Below, one piece after another: positions 12,958 to 28,654 of a stretch of DNA of 64,000 bases. Made by a program: the position numbers and the translations under genes. Numbering within the stretch: the stretch's first letter is position 1; each line of letters opens with the position of its first letter. The notes under the pieces are model-generated. The model worked only from the letters and a program-made list of their open reading frames with translations, did no database searches and had not been told where the DNA came from. The stretch comes from Camelus ferus (Eukaryota): NCBI RefSeq assembly GCF_009834535.1, contig NC_045698.1, positions 10,604,001-10,668,000 on the forward strand, written 5' to 3'.

Positions 12958-14804
12958 TCCCGGGTACTGGGGTAAGTCACTTATCCTCTCAGAGTCATTT
13001 CCTTTACTAAAAAATTATGGGTTTGATCAGTTCATCTTCAAGATCTTTTCCAACAAAGGATTCTGAGTCTCTATTTCTATGGTGACAAATCTACCCTGAG
13101 ATACTTCTAGTCACAGAAGGTAGGGTTGGAATAATTAAATAAATAAGACCTTTACATGGGAAATCAAAGCACTTTCCTAGATCTTACATAGTTATCATTT
13201 CAAAATAAACTTCTTGCTCTCGCTTTAGAAGTGCAGATTATTGCCTGTGAACTGAAGGAGGGAAGAGACATCCTTAAACCCAACCTGGTAAAGTTCTCCA
13301 TCGGACTCAGCTGTGGGAGGATGTTGAAATGGAGGAGACAGAGGAGGCCGGACCAACCAAAATCGTCTAGCTCTCTATGCGGGATGACATCCAAGTTACA
13401 GAACTTGGCACCCCAACCAACTCAACTTTCGACTTCCAGTCACTTCACAAGCATCCAAAAGCTGAGATCTGTTCCTGGAATAGAAACCTTCTCTGTTTTT
13501 CCTAAAATGTTCTTGCAAACAGTTTCAAGGTTGTGCAGCGTTTTGCTAATATTTTAGGGAACAATGGAAAAACTTGCACACCAGAGGGAGAAATAATGCA
13601 ACCAGGAGAGCAGGGTTGCCTGGGGTAACCTGTCCTGAGTCAGGCAGGCACGCTATCAGATTCCTCCACGAGGAGGCGGCCTGGCAGATGCTTCTGATAC
13701 CCCCTCCCCTCCCAGTTTCATGAAGGGTAGACCAGCAGAAAGGGCTGGGTCGGGGTGACGGACGGGGCGGGCTGAGGACGCAAGGCCACGGCTTGGTGTC
13801 AGAGGAGTCAGACGATGGGCTGTTTGTCTGTGTCGCCCTTGAGACCATCTATTCAGGTGTTGGATCAATGGACCAAGTCACAGGTTTAAAATGTGTGTAG
13901 GGCTTGATCTTAGGGACCAATACTGGGGCTCGTCTAGCTAAGTGGTTCTTGTGAAAATGATCAGAAGGATGGCGGTCCCTGTGTTCCTGTCTTCAGCATA
14001 ACACAGCCCTCCTTGTTGCCCTGTGTCCTCGTCCTCAGCCGTTTATGAAGGGAACCGCACACACCCCGGCATTCTCGTACCAGACTTCTGTGTATCCTAT
14101 AAATGGAGGATTTCCACAGGGCTTAGGGCACGTGTAGCCACCACATCAAACAAGGAACTGAATTGAAAAGACCCCTATTTCTTTTTACCCTCTTCTCAGC
14201 TCCATCTTTAGAACCCAAAGCGCACAGTGTGCAAGATATTATTTTTTGTTACTATTGATAAATGTTATAAACAACCTTAAGTTATATTATCATGTGCTTT
14301 GGCTTATAGAGCATGTAGGAATTTCTTCCACGTTTTTTGAACATTGGCTTCTATATTTGAACTACCCAGGGCAGTTGATAAAGGATGTTTGCTGTTTATC
14401 TAAGGCTGTGCAGAGTCACCGACAGGCCCTGCCAACAATGAGGTATTATCGACACTTGTCACACCTGTGTTCTCGAAGATGGCACAGGGGTCTAGGAGGT
14501 GCTGACTGGTGAGTAACTAGGTAGGGCACATTAGTGTTAATGGATGAGGAAATGAGCTTTCACAGGGAAACAAATGACACCAGTTAAATTTGGAAAAGGG
14601 ACTGAGATGGCGATACAGTTGCCGCTGGATGTTTAAGACAGAGTATCATTAAAACAAAAGGCAGAGCCTGCTGTCTTCAGCATGTAAACCGTCCTTAGAA
14701 ATGCCAGAAGTTGACCCTCTATTCTCAGATGCAAGGACCTCCTTGAATAACAATCATTCATATTTTGGGATGAAAATATGTTGAAGAGGTTGTTAAATGA
14801 CCTA

Positions 14805-14999
<195 letters not shown>

Positions 15000-17911
15000 C
15001 TAGGGGGAAGGAAAAGGCTCCGGGTTAGCCGGGCTGCGCACACATGCCTCTTAAAGAGCATCTCGTTTCTGTTTTGCTTCACGTGTCTGAAGCATAGATG
15101 TCGCGTGACAGCTGGGAAGACGGCTGTCATTTTGAGTCTCTCTCAGGCAGGCTTCTCTCTGGTTTCTGGACGTGAACATTTAAACCAGAGGGAATTCTGG
15201 ACTGAACACCTGCCCAGCAGTGTCTCCTGAATCAGCCCCTCTCCTTGGCACCCGGCGCCCCAGGGTTAGTCCACGACCTGGTCCTTCCTGCAGTGCCCCC
15301 TGCCCCGGAGCCCTTCGCAGGCAGGGGTGCATCTGGCCTGTATTCGGGGGCAGGTGTGAGGCCCCCGCGAGGTGTGTGTTTGCGCTCTGAGATAAAGGAC
15401 TGGGCGCCTCACCCATCTCTTTAGCTCCTGCAACTTAGCAGTCTTTCTGGAGTAGAGAAGATGCTCAAAAAGCCTTTGTTAAGTTGACATTTAAGCAAAA
15501 ATTGCAGACAGCCCAGAGGTCCTCTGACACATCCCCGAGGCTCACCAGGGCCACCCCAGCATCAGGGCTCTGCGTGCCCATCGCCCAATCAAAACAAGCG
15601 TCTGGCTCTCGACCGTGAACCGCAGCAGAGAGAACACATCGCCTGCCTCGTCGTGGATCCAGTCGGTCCCAGAGCTGGCTCACCGCACCCAGCCCTGAGC
15701 ACCTGGCCCCCACGTCCAGCCTAGCGAGGGGCTCACGAGCACAGGGGGTACAGGTTCCCTCTGCAGAAGCTTCTGCTGTTTCCTTCCCCTGGAGGCCGAG
15801 GCGATCTCTTGAGTCCCCTCCCTTTGCAGGTGCCACCAGCACACACCTCTGGAGGGGCTTACATTTTCTTACCTCCCGCCTTTAAAGCACACCTGCTTTT
15901 CCGAATATCAGCCAGCTCTCCTAGTAAAGTGCAAATCACAGTGGGGAAGACGTCCCTCCATCCCCCTCCCCCCAGGGATCTGTGTGCTGGTGCCCTGGTG
16001 GGATGGGGAGAGGGAGGCTACGCCAGAAAGAGCTAGGGAACTCCAAGTGCTGCGGTGACAGCCACGTGTGCCAGCTCCACCAGGTGCACTTTTATTTTCA
16101 AAACAGCAAACATTTCTGCTAGCGTGTCTCATGGGGTTCGCGTCTGTGCTCTGCTGTGTTTGCCCAGTCTGCTCTTTAGCAGGTGATAACTGAAGACGGG
16201 AGAGGACTGGTGCTAGTGGAGAACCCTCCCCGCTCACTCTTTAGCTGGAAGCGTCAGAAGTTACGCGAGAAATTTTGAATCTCTCATTCTGGAACCCACA
16301 AAGAGGCCAAGGACTTCACTTGTCAATGCAGCAAATTCTGGAAGTCCACACAGAGGTGTCTAAGACAGGGGTGAATAGACGGCACTCATGGAAATGGCTT
16401 GGAGTAGCCCAGCGGAATGAATGCAAACAATGGGGGAGGAGGTTTCACAAGGCTTCTGGGTAACTCCAGTATCTCTGGCTAGAGGTACTCTCGGTAAAGG
16501 AAGTTCACAGCACCTAACCTCTGAGATCATGAATAAAGCGTTGTTTTTCTTGGATGCTTTGAAACTGGAGTGCTGTATTGTTACATTTTTTTATTTCCAG
16601 GTAGCCAAAAACAATTTCAGGTGAGACATTCACAGCCAGGAGGGTTCTAACACCTGAGTAACTGCTATTGACTTTTATTAATCATCTTATCCTCCAAGAG
16701 CTAAATGTTTAGCAAGAAGACTTATATCCGCCTTGGTTTTCAAGGATTTACTTCTACACACACGTTCCTTGACATAAGAACACTGCTTTCTGTCAATAGA
16801 TTGGATTAAACCCACTCAAACACGAACCATCAGCTCTCTCTCCTGCAGGTGGCTTGTGCCCTGTGAAGCCCATTCTCAAAGGCCTGGGAAGGAGGGATCA
16901 AAGGAGGTTTTTAGGAGATGCTCTGCCTGTAATGTTGTGAAGGTTCACAGTCAGTGGTGGGTCCAGCTCATGGTTTAGTGGGGAAGCTCCACACCTGGCA
17001 GAGAGTTCTGGGCAACACCCCACCCTCCTTCACGTCAGGCTGCAGGCGGGGGGCAATCCCTGAAGTGCCTGGGGGTGAGCTGCTATTCATGGGTGATTGG
17101 ATAGAGGCAGGTCATCTGCTGGGGACCCCTGGCAAAAGGCTTCCTCGCCTCCCCTCCCAGGGCTCTTGTTGGGATAAGAGAAAATGCTATCGGTAGTGGC
17201 TCTGAGCTACTTCTATAGAAATTCAAGGCCAAACAGCTGCTATTAAGAGTGCAAGCGGCGGGCTGTTTGCTTTCTTCCTATTTTTTCATTTTAAAACATC
17301 ATGCACTATCTTTGGGGGGGTCTGTTTTGCTAGCCCATTTGTTTTCAGATAAATGTCTCCAGGTTCAAATAATTAAGCTTTAATGGAGTAGGCGTTTCTC
17401 GAATGATCTGCAGGTCAATCCTGACCCGGCCTCAGGCTACAGGTCCGAAGGGCTACGTGCGCCCCTGGGCTGAGGCAGCAGCTGCAGGCGGCTGCCAGTG
17501 GGGGCTTTCAGCCTGAGTGAGTCCACTGCCCCCCAGCCAGCCTGGACCCCCGGCTGCTGCATGGACCACTCGGGCGTGCGTGTACCCCAGTGCCCCGAAA
17601 GAGATGGGCGTGCTTATGAACTCGAGCACACAGCTTCCTCTCTGTACCTCTATGTCTGCTGCGAAGTCAGTAGAGTGTTGGTGTCACTAAAAAACCCCCA
17701 CTGAAACAAAGTCCAATACATTGAAACGTTTTGAGAGTGTAATTTCCCTTTAGCAAACAAATAATTTCTCAGCAGGCATAACCTAAAATGAGGGTCAGTT
17801 TGGAGAGGCATCATGGGAGCAGCATCAAGGCAAGTGTGAATTCACCTGTTATTTCCTAGGGAAATAGTCCACAATTATCTCCGCCAGCCCCAATGCCACA
17901 TTAACCTGTCA

Positions 17912-18139
<228 letters not shown>

Positions 18140-19959
18140 TTAGCACAGGCATCCGCAGAGAGCACCTCCAGCCGCTGGCTGCCGCTGGCCACGTGGCAGA
18201 GCAGAGCAAACCCATGCCAGGTGTGGCCCCGCGCTGACAGGTCACTGCACCCTGGGGGCCAGCGTAGCCAGCTGCAGGCCGGCCCTGGAGCAGGAGGGAG
18301 GGGCAGGCGCTCCCCTGCGTCTGGGGAAATGGGCCCTCAGCCCAGGGGGCGCACCTGAGACCAGGAGGATGTGTCCCGTTTTACATGAATCCAACAAGAA
18401 ATGGGTCCTGATCACTGCTTGAGAAGCCAAGATGTCAACCCAGGTCCGCTAGACTCTTCCATTGAGCCAAACTGAATCCTCCAGTCGAGCCTGATTCTTG
18501 AGTCTCAAAATGGGATTCTGAGCCCCACCCCTGCTCTCTGAATACTCTGCCCTCGGGGTCCACCTCCGCCTCCACACTGACCTTCAGGGAGGCTGACGGT
18601 CTGCGTCTATCTGTCGACGGCTTTATGGTACTCTTTTGACTCAACTGCCTCACTTCCAATCTGTTCAGCCAGGAGAGCTCAATTTTGATGTTGAACTTAA
18701 GAAAATTCAATTAATACTTCTCACGGGAAGCCAAACAGATTATTGGGTGAAACTGAGAGTTTCTTATGCGAACGAAAAGGAAGGAAAATGAAAGCAAAGC
18801 GTCTAATCCTACATTTCGGCCAAGTCCAACTCCCTGACTAGCTAGTAAAGGAGGAATACAGGCTTCGTCCTTTTTAAAGAGCATCACAGAGACGCCAGGA
18901 ACCCGAGGGAGGTAAGCCCCCAGCTGGGTGCCCACACTGCTGTGAGGAGCACGCGGTGGAGCTGGACACCCCTGGAATCAGGCGGAGCCGGAGCCAAACC
19001 TCCCTGCATCACTTCCCAGCTGTGCGAAGCACGATCCCTCTCAGGCCCCCCACTGTCCCTCCAGCAGAACCGCCCATCACGCAGGGCTGTTGGCAGTCAA
19101 GGAAACATGCAGAGATGCCAGCAGATCAGACACAGACGATGGATTTGTGTCTGTTCCATCCCCGCCCCCCATGTCACATCTCTGTGCCACCGCAGTCCAT
19201 CTTAAAGTGGCTCTAATGTATCATTTGCCTTGATTTTTCAAGGGGAAGGGGCACACTTGCACACAGGAGATGGGAGCCACATGCTTTTTCCCGGGCAACT
19301 TAAAGTGAAGTATTTAAGCAAAAAAGCTGCTATGTTCCAGAAGCCACCCCAGATGACATTCATGATTCAAAAAGCAAAATCCAGGCACCAGCGGAGGCAA
19401 GAGAAAGTGTTCTGCTTGTGATTTATGTGCTTCTCATTCCAAGCCAACATGCGCTGCCTCCGAGGACATGGAAACTGGCAGGAGCCCCCAGATGGGAAAC
19501 ACGCTGACCAAGCATTCAAGGGCAGTGTGTAAACAGGAGGCCCTAAGGAGCAGCCACCAGCCTTCCTGAGGGATCAGCGTTTCCAGAGCCGGAATTAATT
19601 CTCCAGAGGGCGGCGGAGGAGGAAGCAAATGAAGTAATTCTATTTGTTCATCCCATACTTGAAAGATGGAAAGAAATGATTTGACTCTTTCTTCGGTGGA
19701 GCTGCCAGTTTCCAGATCAATTTCTTGAGTGGTGAGTGAATAATGGAGACCCTCCTTGGGAGGAGGGCAGATGGCCAAGGGCACAGAAAGCCGTGGTGGG
19801 TGGGGTGGCATGTGCAGGAGGTGGAGACAGGACAGGTGACAGCAGGCGGGTCAAAACAGAGGCATCGGCCCTTCACCCTCAGATAGTTTCACTCCCGCTG
19901 CTGCCCCCTGGCATGTTCCACTGTCCTCTGTGATCGCAGCGAAGAGGCATCGCGTGACT

Positions 19960-20100
19960 CCAAGTCAGTGGAGAGGCACTGGCAGGAGAAAGAAAATCTG
20001 GATTCTAACACTAGCCCAGCTTCTTGCAAGCTTTGTGTCCTTGCCTTGGTTTCCTCATGTGGTAAAAGAGGAGAATGAATGAGACGTTTTCTTCCATACT
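19960..20100 (+). mobile_element. MIR SINE fragment
   Basis: cagtggagaggcactgg...atctggattctaa...gctttgtgtccttg...ttggtttcctcatgtggtaaaa. Confidence 0.55.
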
Positions 20101-20102
20101 CA

Positions 20103-20477
<375 letters not shown>

Positions 20478-20723
20478 CTAGAAGAAGGACAGATAAAACA
20501 ATTCAGAGCTGGCGTCTTTCTTTTTGATGTCTGCCATGGCTCAACTCACCACACTTAAAAATAACAGAGGAAAAGCCTCTGTAGACAAACCAAGTTGAAT
20601 TACAATAAAACGTACAGTCTTATTAGAAATGAACTCAGACGGCTGGCAAGCTGTGGTGAAATCAAAACACACATCTAAGCTTGATGGAGCCAGGCCACTA
20701 TTTTCCAAGCAGGGCAGCTCTGA

Positions 20724-20762
20724 CCCAGAGCTGGAGAGCCCAGAGCCGGAGAGCCCACAGCT
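20724..20762 (+). repeat. 15-bp tandem repeat (cccagagcyggagag) x about 2.6
   Basis: Direct read. Lies about 22 nt into intron 5 from the exon 5 donor. Confidence 0.85.
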
Positions 20763-20763
20763 A

Positions 20764-21003
<240 letters not shown>

Positions 21004-22949
21004 TCAACAGACGCGACACGCAGCCCGACCTCTTGCAGCCGGAGGAGATAGATCTCCGAGCGAAAACCTTGACACGGATCAGAAGGACAACAGACACTTG
21101 TGCTATGTCTCAACACTGCTTTCATAGAATCCAGGGTCAGACATTTGGGAGTCACTGGAAGAGCACACAGTCACTTTGCTATATTCACCACTAAGATTCT
21201 TTTAAGGCAACTGTTTATCCGGTTAAGGTTATCAGTAAAAATATCCAGAAACTTTGGCATCCAGACCCCAAAAGATGCAGAAAAGCTTTGCCCCCTCGAG
21301 GTGCACATGTAATCTACACCTGAGAACCTGTTACCATCCATAAAGGACAAAACCGTGATCAATGACGGTACACAGAAAAATGGACATTAACATTTATAAA
21401 ATGGAATTCACTAAGAATGCTGTAAAAAGCACCAAAGTGAATTATTATAAAACAATATAATTAAAGTGTAAGATGTTAACTTATAAAAGTTGAATAGGTC
21501 AAAAAATACAAAGTCAAGAGGGACCGAAATAATAGCAAAGTATCTATCTCTATTGAACAGAGCTGCCTCTAAGGCAAATTTATCAATGTACGTCCCCTCC
21601 TGTCCTGCAGGAAGCCAGAGAGTCAGCCCAGCCTCTACCCAGAATCCTCCTGGGACTCACATACTTACAAGGCCACTGAGGTGTGCTGCGTGCAGAAGTA
21701 GAGTGATGGGGGCGGGGAGGTACTGTCTGCCTACATCAACCTTACATCAGCCGAATGTCCACGGGGTGACAGGCGTGTAAAACACACCACACTAAGTGAT
21801 GCTGACCAGAGGAGGGGTATCCCCATCGCTGAGTTATCAAGAAATCAGTGGTGACAGAAAGTTAACAAAGAAGCTGGGGAATGAGCACCATTCCTCAAAT
21901 GAGTGCATTCGATTGCTCGAGGAAACACAGAAAAGCAGGGCCATCCAGAGAAACTCTCCTGAACGAAATAAAAGTATCGGATGTTAGAGGTGGTCTGGTT
22001 ACAGTGTGAACCAACGTCTATGCCTGGGCTGTTGTTCTCATACCAGTAAATGGGAGAGAACCTGTCAGAGGAGGGGAATGCAGAGGCCAGAGCGAGAGCG
22101 GGGCTGCACGGACATGACCAGGCTGCCTGGAGCACGGAGGACGTGAGTGGACACTCACAGTCACACTCACGACCACACACTCATGCTCAGGGCAGATACA
22201 GCGGAACCCACCGGTGGAAGCAGAGATGCCTGTGACTCTCCATGGCCACTGCTTCCCAGTGGAACAAGAGTAACGCATGAGCTGAAGAAGGCAAAGACCA
22301 GCTGGGGCGAGCCTTGTTAAGGACCCATTGCGTTTGGAACAGAAGGTTGAGAGTTGTGTGATGTGGCCAAGATGCCCATTTATTTCTCTAACTAATCAGA
22401 GGCCTCTAAGGTGCCCTAATATGGAAACTAGGATGTCTGCCGCAGACATGCTACAAACCTACAGCGTAGGCTAAGTTGATCGTGTTTAGAGACTGAAAAC
22501 AAGCCGGAGGAAAAAGGAACACGTGAAGACCAACCCTTCCTCTGCCAAGTCCAGGAAGGCCCCCAGCCCATCAGGGCAGCCGTGCAAGACGAGCAGGACC
22601 AAGGAGGAGGATCTGGACTTGAAGGAAAAGGGAGAAGTCGGCGTGGAGATGACAAAGCACGCGGAGGAGCAGAGTAGGCTGGAGGGATGGAGGGTGGGCA
22701 GGACGCATTCGGCCAGTAGCGATCCAAGGTCAAGGCGAGGATTCTGTCAGCCTCCTCGTGTTGTTAACAGCTTGGTGCCTCGTGGTCCAGCGCCTACCAT
22801 ACATTTTACATCTTCCCTGTGGGCTGTATCGTTCATCAACTTAAACGAACACCTGGGCTTTTCGCATTTCATTCCAGAATTAAGATTTTTGAATCTGATA
22901 TAACTATCAAAACTTTGTCGGGTTATTTTCTGAGGGGAACCTACTGTCT

Positions 22950-23960
22950 CGGTGGTGAGGATTTTCCCAGTGCTGGCCCTGTATCGGGTGCGGGGAATTC
23001 AGTGACAGACAGGCTAGCCCCAGACTCTGTTCCCTTGGAGCTGACGGTCTACAGGGGAAGGCAGAAAAGCTCGTCTGTGACGCCAGCGAGCATCCACTGA
23101 CAACCTGTGACCAGATCCGTGAAAGAAAGAGGGCAGTGGTGCTGGGGGAGCCAGGCTGCAGGGCGAGACCCCGCCAGAGCAAGACCTGGAAGGGAGGACA
23201 AACGGCTGGCGTGCAGAGGATGGGCAGATGAGAGGAAGGAAGCAGAGACCATGGGTCTTTAGCTCCTTATAGGCCATGATCAGGATTCTGTTTTTTTTTT
23301 TTTTTTTTTTTTAATCCCCCAAACATCAGGAAGCAGCTTAAAAGCAGGTTTTAGGCAGCGGGTGAAGTGGCCAGAGTGTCACTGAGAATAGCTCACTGTG
23401 TCTGCAATGGGAAAGGATGGAGGAGAGACAGGGCAGAGGGGCAGACTGGAGTCAGGAGGCACCTCGAAGGGTCCAGGTGGGAGGGATGTCCCTCAGACCA
23501 GGCAAGGGCGGCAGAGGTGGGAAGAGGGCCGACCAAGAAATATCTGGGATTAAAAATTTTTAAAAAAGATTTCAGAGGTAAGAGTCCATCCATAAAAAAC
23601 TAACTTCAAAAAAAATTATTTAAAAAAAAATTGTCACGAAGAGGGATGCTCCTAAGGTGGTTCCCGGGTTCCCGACCAGAAGGTAGTGGCACCGATTCAT
23701 TCAAAAGCACAGTCATCAAGATTATGACAATTCTGAATCAAGACTTAGAGTGTCTTTGAAGGGTCTAAGTGGGAGCATCACAGAGACACTTCGATCCCTT
23801 GTCCAGAACTCAGAGGAGAGGGCTCGGCTACAGATAGTTATTTGGCGATCATTGATCATGTTATGAAGGGTTTAATAACAGGGTGTGAGTTAGATTCTTC
23901 ACAAATAGAACACCCAGCGAGGAGGGAGATGGGTCTTGAGGAACTTCAACATTTACACGG
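22950..23960 (-). mobile_element. L2 LINE remnant
   Basis: cttggagctgacggtcta...ggagggaagctg-like and gatagttatttggcgatcatt segments typical of degenerate L2. Boundaries approximate. Confidence 0.5.
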
Positions 23961-24384
23961 CAATAGCTGAGCAGAAGTAGGAGTGAAAACAGGAGGTGGC
24001 GGTGTGAGAGCCCGTGGGGAGGGGTATCTCATGGAGGAGGGAACAGCTGCAGAGATCTGTATGGGCAGAAGTATTTTTCAGGGATATGATTCTTCCCTCC
24101 ACCCTTGGATGCTTACTAGACTTATCTTAGGCAAAGACAGGATTTTTTTTTTGCCTTTAAGGTAATACATCCTCAAATGCTCATTGTGCTTCTGATGCTA
24201 GTGTTGAAAATGAGAGCTGTTTCCTTAATTTCAAATTAAGTGATTAGAGTGAACAAGGCAGTTCAGTTCATCTCTCAGAAGATGAGTTAAAAGTTTAAGA
24301 CCAGGAAATAAAATCTCTAATAACTCACCAGAAAATTAACAAAGATACACCAGAGAATGACGTTAGCAAGAATTCAGGCATGTG

Positions 24385-24391
24385 CACACAC

Positions 24392-24443
<52 letters not shown>
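24385..24443 (+). repeat. (CA)n microsatellite
   Basis: Direct read, more than 20 units. Confidence 0.97.
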
Positions 24444-24447
<4 letters not shown>

Positions 24448-24897
24448 TGTCAGCAGGAATTCATTTAAATTAGTTTTAATAGTGGAGTAAATGCAATTAA
24501 TTTGGAAATTTAATTTTTGGTCTTTAGGGAGATACTAACAGTTGAACAGCAGATTATTTCCAAAAGGTGGCTGGAAGGCTAGCATGTACAATAGGGAAAA
24601 ACAGGAAGAAACGGGTGGATATGCTCATAGACTGGAACGGAGAACTAGGAAGGGAGCTTAGAGATCAGTCCACCTCCTGCACTATAGAGAATCATTCCCC
24701 CAGATCCCTGACTGGAGGAACTAAGTCAACATAGACTACAGGGATTAAGTCTACTTTTCTGCTGAAATTTTTAATGTATTATCTCTGGTAGGATAAAAAA
24801 GGAAGGAGAATGGAAACCAGGGCTGGTGCCAACCCCAGGGAACTGGACAGAACAGCAAGATAACAGAGGTCTTCTCAGAAGAGCCAACTTTCTAGTT

Positions 24898-24983
24898 CTT
24901 TTTTTCTTTTAACTGAAGTACAGTTGATTTACGATGCTGTGTTAGTTTCTGGTGTACAACATAGTGATTCAGTTATACACATG
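24898..24983 (-). mobile_element. Short L1 3' terminal fragment
   Basis: Poly-T followed by aactgaagtacagttgatttac...gttagtttctggtgtacaacatagtgattcagttata. Confidence 0.8.
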
Positions 24984-25420
24984 ACTTGCTGGTCCTTTTT
25001 AAATGTAGGGGAATGACATGTGAGCAGCAGCCCCTGGTGGCAGAAGCATTTAAGAATAATTCCCGAGTGCTCTCTAGAACCTGGAACCACATGCACACCC
25101 AGCCATGTGCACCATGACCCTTTGCCCACCCACGAGCTGCGACTTAACAGCCATTTGACATGCAAGCATCTTCATAATAAAGGTCAACACCTCTGATGCT
25201 AAATTTAAATTCCTACAACCCCCACTGTAGCAAGATCATCCATACTTGTATTATGGGGGGTTTCATTTTCTCATTCATGTAACAAGGATTTACCCAAGTC
25301 CACATTTGATCTGAGTAATGAGGAAATGCATTGCAGAGTAAATGGATGGAAATGAAGCATCAACTGGTTCCGGGGCTCACTTAAAAGGCGCTCTGAGCAG
25401 CTCTGATGGACACACATTTA

Positions 25421-25558
<138 letters not shown>

Positions 25559-25577
25559 TCAGGATTAGTTTATTTCT

Positions 25578-26039
25578 TTTTTTAAAATTGAAGTATAGTT
25601 GTTTTACAATGTTGTGCTAATTTCTGGTGTACAGCATAGTCATTCAGGTATACATTTATATATATGTATATGTATATATATTCATTATAGGTTATTACAA
25701 GGTATTGAATATAGCTCCCTGTGCTATATAGTAGGACCTTGTTGTTTGTCTATTTTATATATAGTAGTTTGTATCTGCTAATCCTAAACTCCAAATTTAT
25801 CCTTTCCCCCCTTTTCCCCTTTGATAACCATTCATTTGTTTTGTGTGTCTATGAGTCTGCTTCTGTTTTGTAAAATGAGTTCATTTGTGTCATTTTTAAG
25901 ATTCTAGATATAAGTGATATCATATGATATTTGTCTTTCTCTGTCTGACTTACTTTGCTTAGTATGATAATCTCTAGGTCCATTCATGTTGCTGCAAATG
26001 GCATTATTTCATTCTTTGCTTATGGCTGAGTAGTATTCC

Positions 26040-26083
<44 letters not shown>

Positions 26084-26332
26084 ACAACTTCTTTACCCAG
26101 TGATCTATCAGTGGACACTTGGGTCGCTTCCATGTCTTGGCTATTGTAAATGCTGCTGCTCTGAACGTTGGGGTGCATGTATCTTTTCGAATTAGAGTTT
26201 TCTCCAGATATGTGCCCAGGAGTGGGATTGCTGGATTATAGGGTAACTCACCTTTTAGTTTTTTGAAGGATGTCCATACTGCTTTCTATAGAGGCAACAT
26301 CAAATTACATTCCCACTAGCTGTGTAGGAGGG
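25578..26332 (-). mobile_element. 5'-truncated L1 (ORF2 end + 3'UTR) with 20-bp TSD; contains (TG)n at 26042-26080
   Basis: L1 3' end attgaagtatagttg...; TSD ttcaggattagtttatttct (25558-25577) / ttcaggattaggttatttct (26333-26352). Confidence 0.92.
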
Positions 26333-26631
26333 TTCAGGATTAGGTTATTTCTGGTTGTTATGAGTTCCTGGACATACCTCATCTCTTCCCGACCTGAGTA
26401 GCACAGGTTTGAAAAATCTACAATTGGTAAAATGACTGTAACTTAGCCTGGTGGCCAGGACCACATGAGATTTTTAAGAGGAACCAGTGACTGCACAGTA
26501 TTTATTTGGTACCAGTTATAAGCAGACATGTGTACTGGTTCGTGTGCCGGGCTGGAGAGCTGGGTGACCCCTCTCTCTGTGGGCAGTGCGAATCACAGCA
26601 CCTGCATTCTCTATATATGAAGCAATGTTTT

Positions 26632-26781
26632 TAAAATTTAATTTTAATTTTTTTCGGGGGGGGAGGCAATTAGGTTTGTTTGTTTATTTATTTATTTATT
26701 TTAATGGAGGTGCTGGGGATTGAACCCAGGACACGGTGCATGCTAAGCATGTGCTCCACCACTGGGCTATACCTTCTCCCC
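26632..26781 (-). mobile_element. tRNA-Ala-derived SINE (camelid Vic-1-like) with perfect 14-bp TSD
   Basis: Head with pol III A and B boxes, (TAAA)n tail, TSD tgaagcaatgtttt at 26618-26631 and 26782-26795. Confidence 0.93.
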
Positions 26782-28654
26782 TGAAGCAATGTTTTAATAA
26801 GGGCTCTAAATTGGTTCTGAGTTGTGACAGTCATTACAGGTTCTCGCTGACTGATTGGGGTCCTTCTCTTCAAGTTTGGGCAGGACCCGATCTGAGACTT
26901 TGTGCCTTTGGGGGAAATGAAGAGGACGGTCCTATAAGGTTTGCAGACAATGAAAAGCCCAGGGGATGGCAGGTTTGGAGGAGGTTTGAAGTTCAAAGTA
27001 GGATGCATTTAAGGATCATCCTTCTAACTTGTACTGGTTAACCTAGACTGACAGAGATATAGCATTTCACGTGAGCTAAACACAATCAGAGAGGCACGAT
27101 CTACTCCCCAGGTCTGTGTCAAGACTTAACATGGGAGCTGCTACATCTACAAGTCCCAAGGTGTGAATGTGAAAAGAAATGCAAAGCGCAAGTAACGTCT
27201 GCAAAGTGCAGCTTGTGGGCTCTCTGCGGACCGAAAGCCATCTGGATGATAAGCTTTGTGCTTTTCAAATATTCTCTCTCCAACTAATACATCAGGGCCA
27301 TGCTGCAGAGTGTGTGTGTGTTTGGGGAGGTGATGTGTATTACTTTGCTTTTTATTAGCAGTCCCTTCCTGCTGGGCCTTTGCGAGAGCTGACAGATGAA
27401 ACATGGAAGAAAAGGGAGCGGATCACAAGTGCTCTGCTGTTATTCTGAGTTTTAGAAACTCTCTCGTGGCAAATAAATACAGAATGGAAGTGGAACATGG
27501 GGCACTAAAAAGTCTGTGATTCACTTTTTTGTCCCAAGTTCCCTGAATTCACTGTATCACTGTAATTCTATGTGTTTCAAGAGTCTCAGTGCAGCTGGGA
27601 GCACAGGCATTAGTGCAACATCGTGGGCTCTGTCTAGGAAGCTGGACTGTCACTCTGGTCGCCTCCTGCAGTTCGCTCACTGCTTTGACAGCACGGTGGT
27701 GTCCCCTCCGGCCAGCCAGGGCACCATGGGGAATCTGATTCTACACTCCAACCCATTGGCCTTTTTCTTTTTAGAAGATATATGTCAACTACCACAGCCA
27801 CTACACCTGGTGGCAAGTAAGAAAAAGGAAATCCAGCTACCAGTGTTTCAGTGGCCAAGTTCTCCACCTAAAGTGATGCTGTGACAATTGACAATCAGAA
27901 CCTTGGGTCAAAACTAAGGGTTTAATATTTAAGTCTCCCATGCACAGCAGCGCAAGGCTGTCAGAGAGTCAACGAGCCAGTGCCTGTAACCCAACCCAGA
28001 TTAAGATTTCTGATAACATTTGAGAGGACGGACCACATACGTTTCGACCTTGTCTCATTCCTCCAAGGATCTGGGGCTGCTGCCTTACCTCAATATACAT
28101 GTCCACTCACCTCGCACGTCTACTGTATATAAAACTTGAGATAGGAGGTGGTAAAAAAAACTTGAACAGATGAACATATTTTAAAGTCTCCTTCCAAGGC
28201 TAATTTAAAATAAGCCCAAAGAAAGGGTTTATTTTCCCGCAGCATTAGACATTGTTGGAAAAAAATATATATTTTTGCTAAGTCTCTTTTATATCTATAA
28301 CAGATGAATAGGAAAAAGCATTCTCTGAGAACTCTTCAGTGTCATGAAAAGAATTTAATCTATGGAAGTGAGCCACCCTTAGCTAATCTAGTAAAGCTGG
28401 TTATTAAAGTAATAAAATTCTATCTGTATATTTGAGTGATTCTTATTCTAAAAAGCTCTGGGTGCTTATACCACACAAGTGGTAAGTTTATCACAAAGCT
28501 ATTCTGATCCCTTGATCCTGAATATATCAGAAAAGAATTTATATTTGAATCAAATTTTCAAATGAGCTCTCTTGCCTTCTGCCAGAACTTGGGGCAAATA
28601 CAGATAATTCTCATAAAAGAAACTGAAAAGATGGACTGGTTAAAAGTCAATGGT

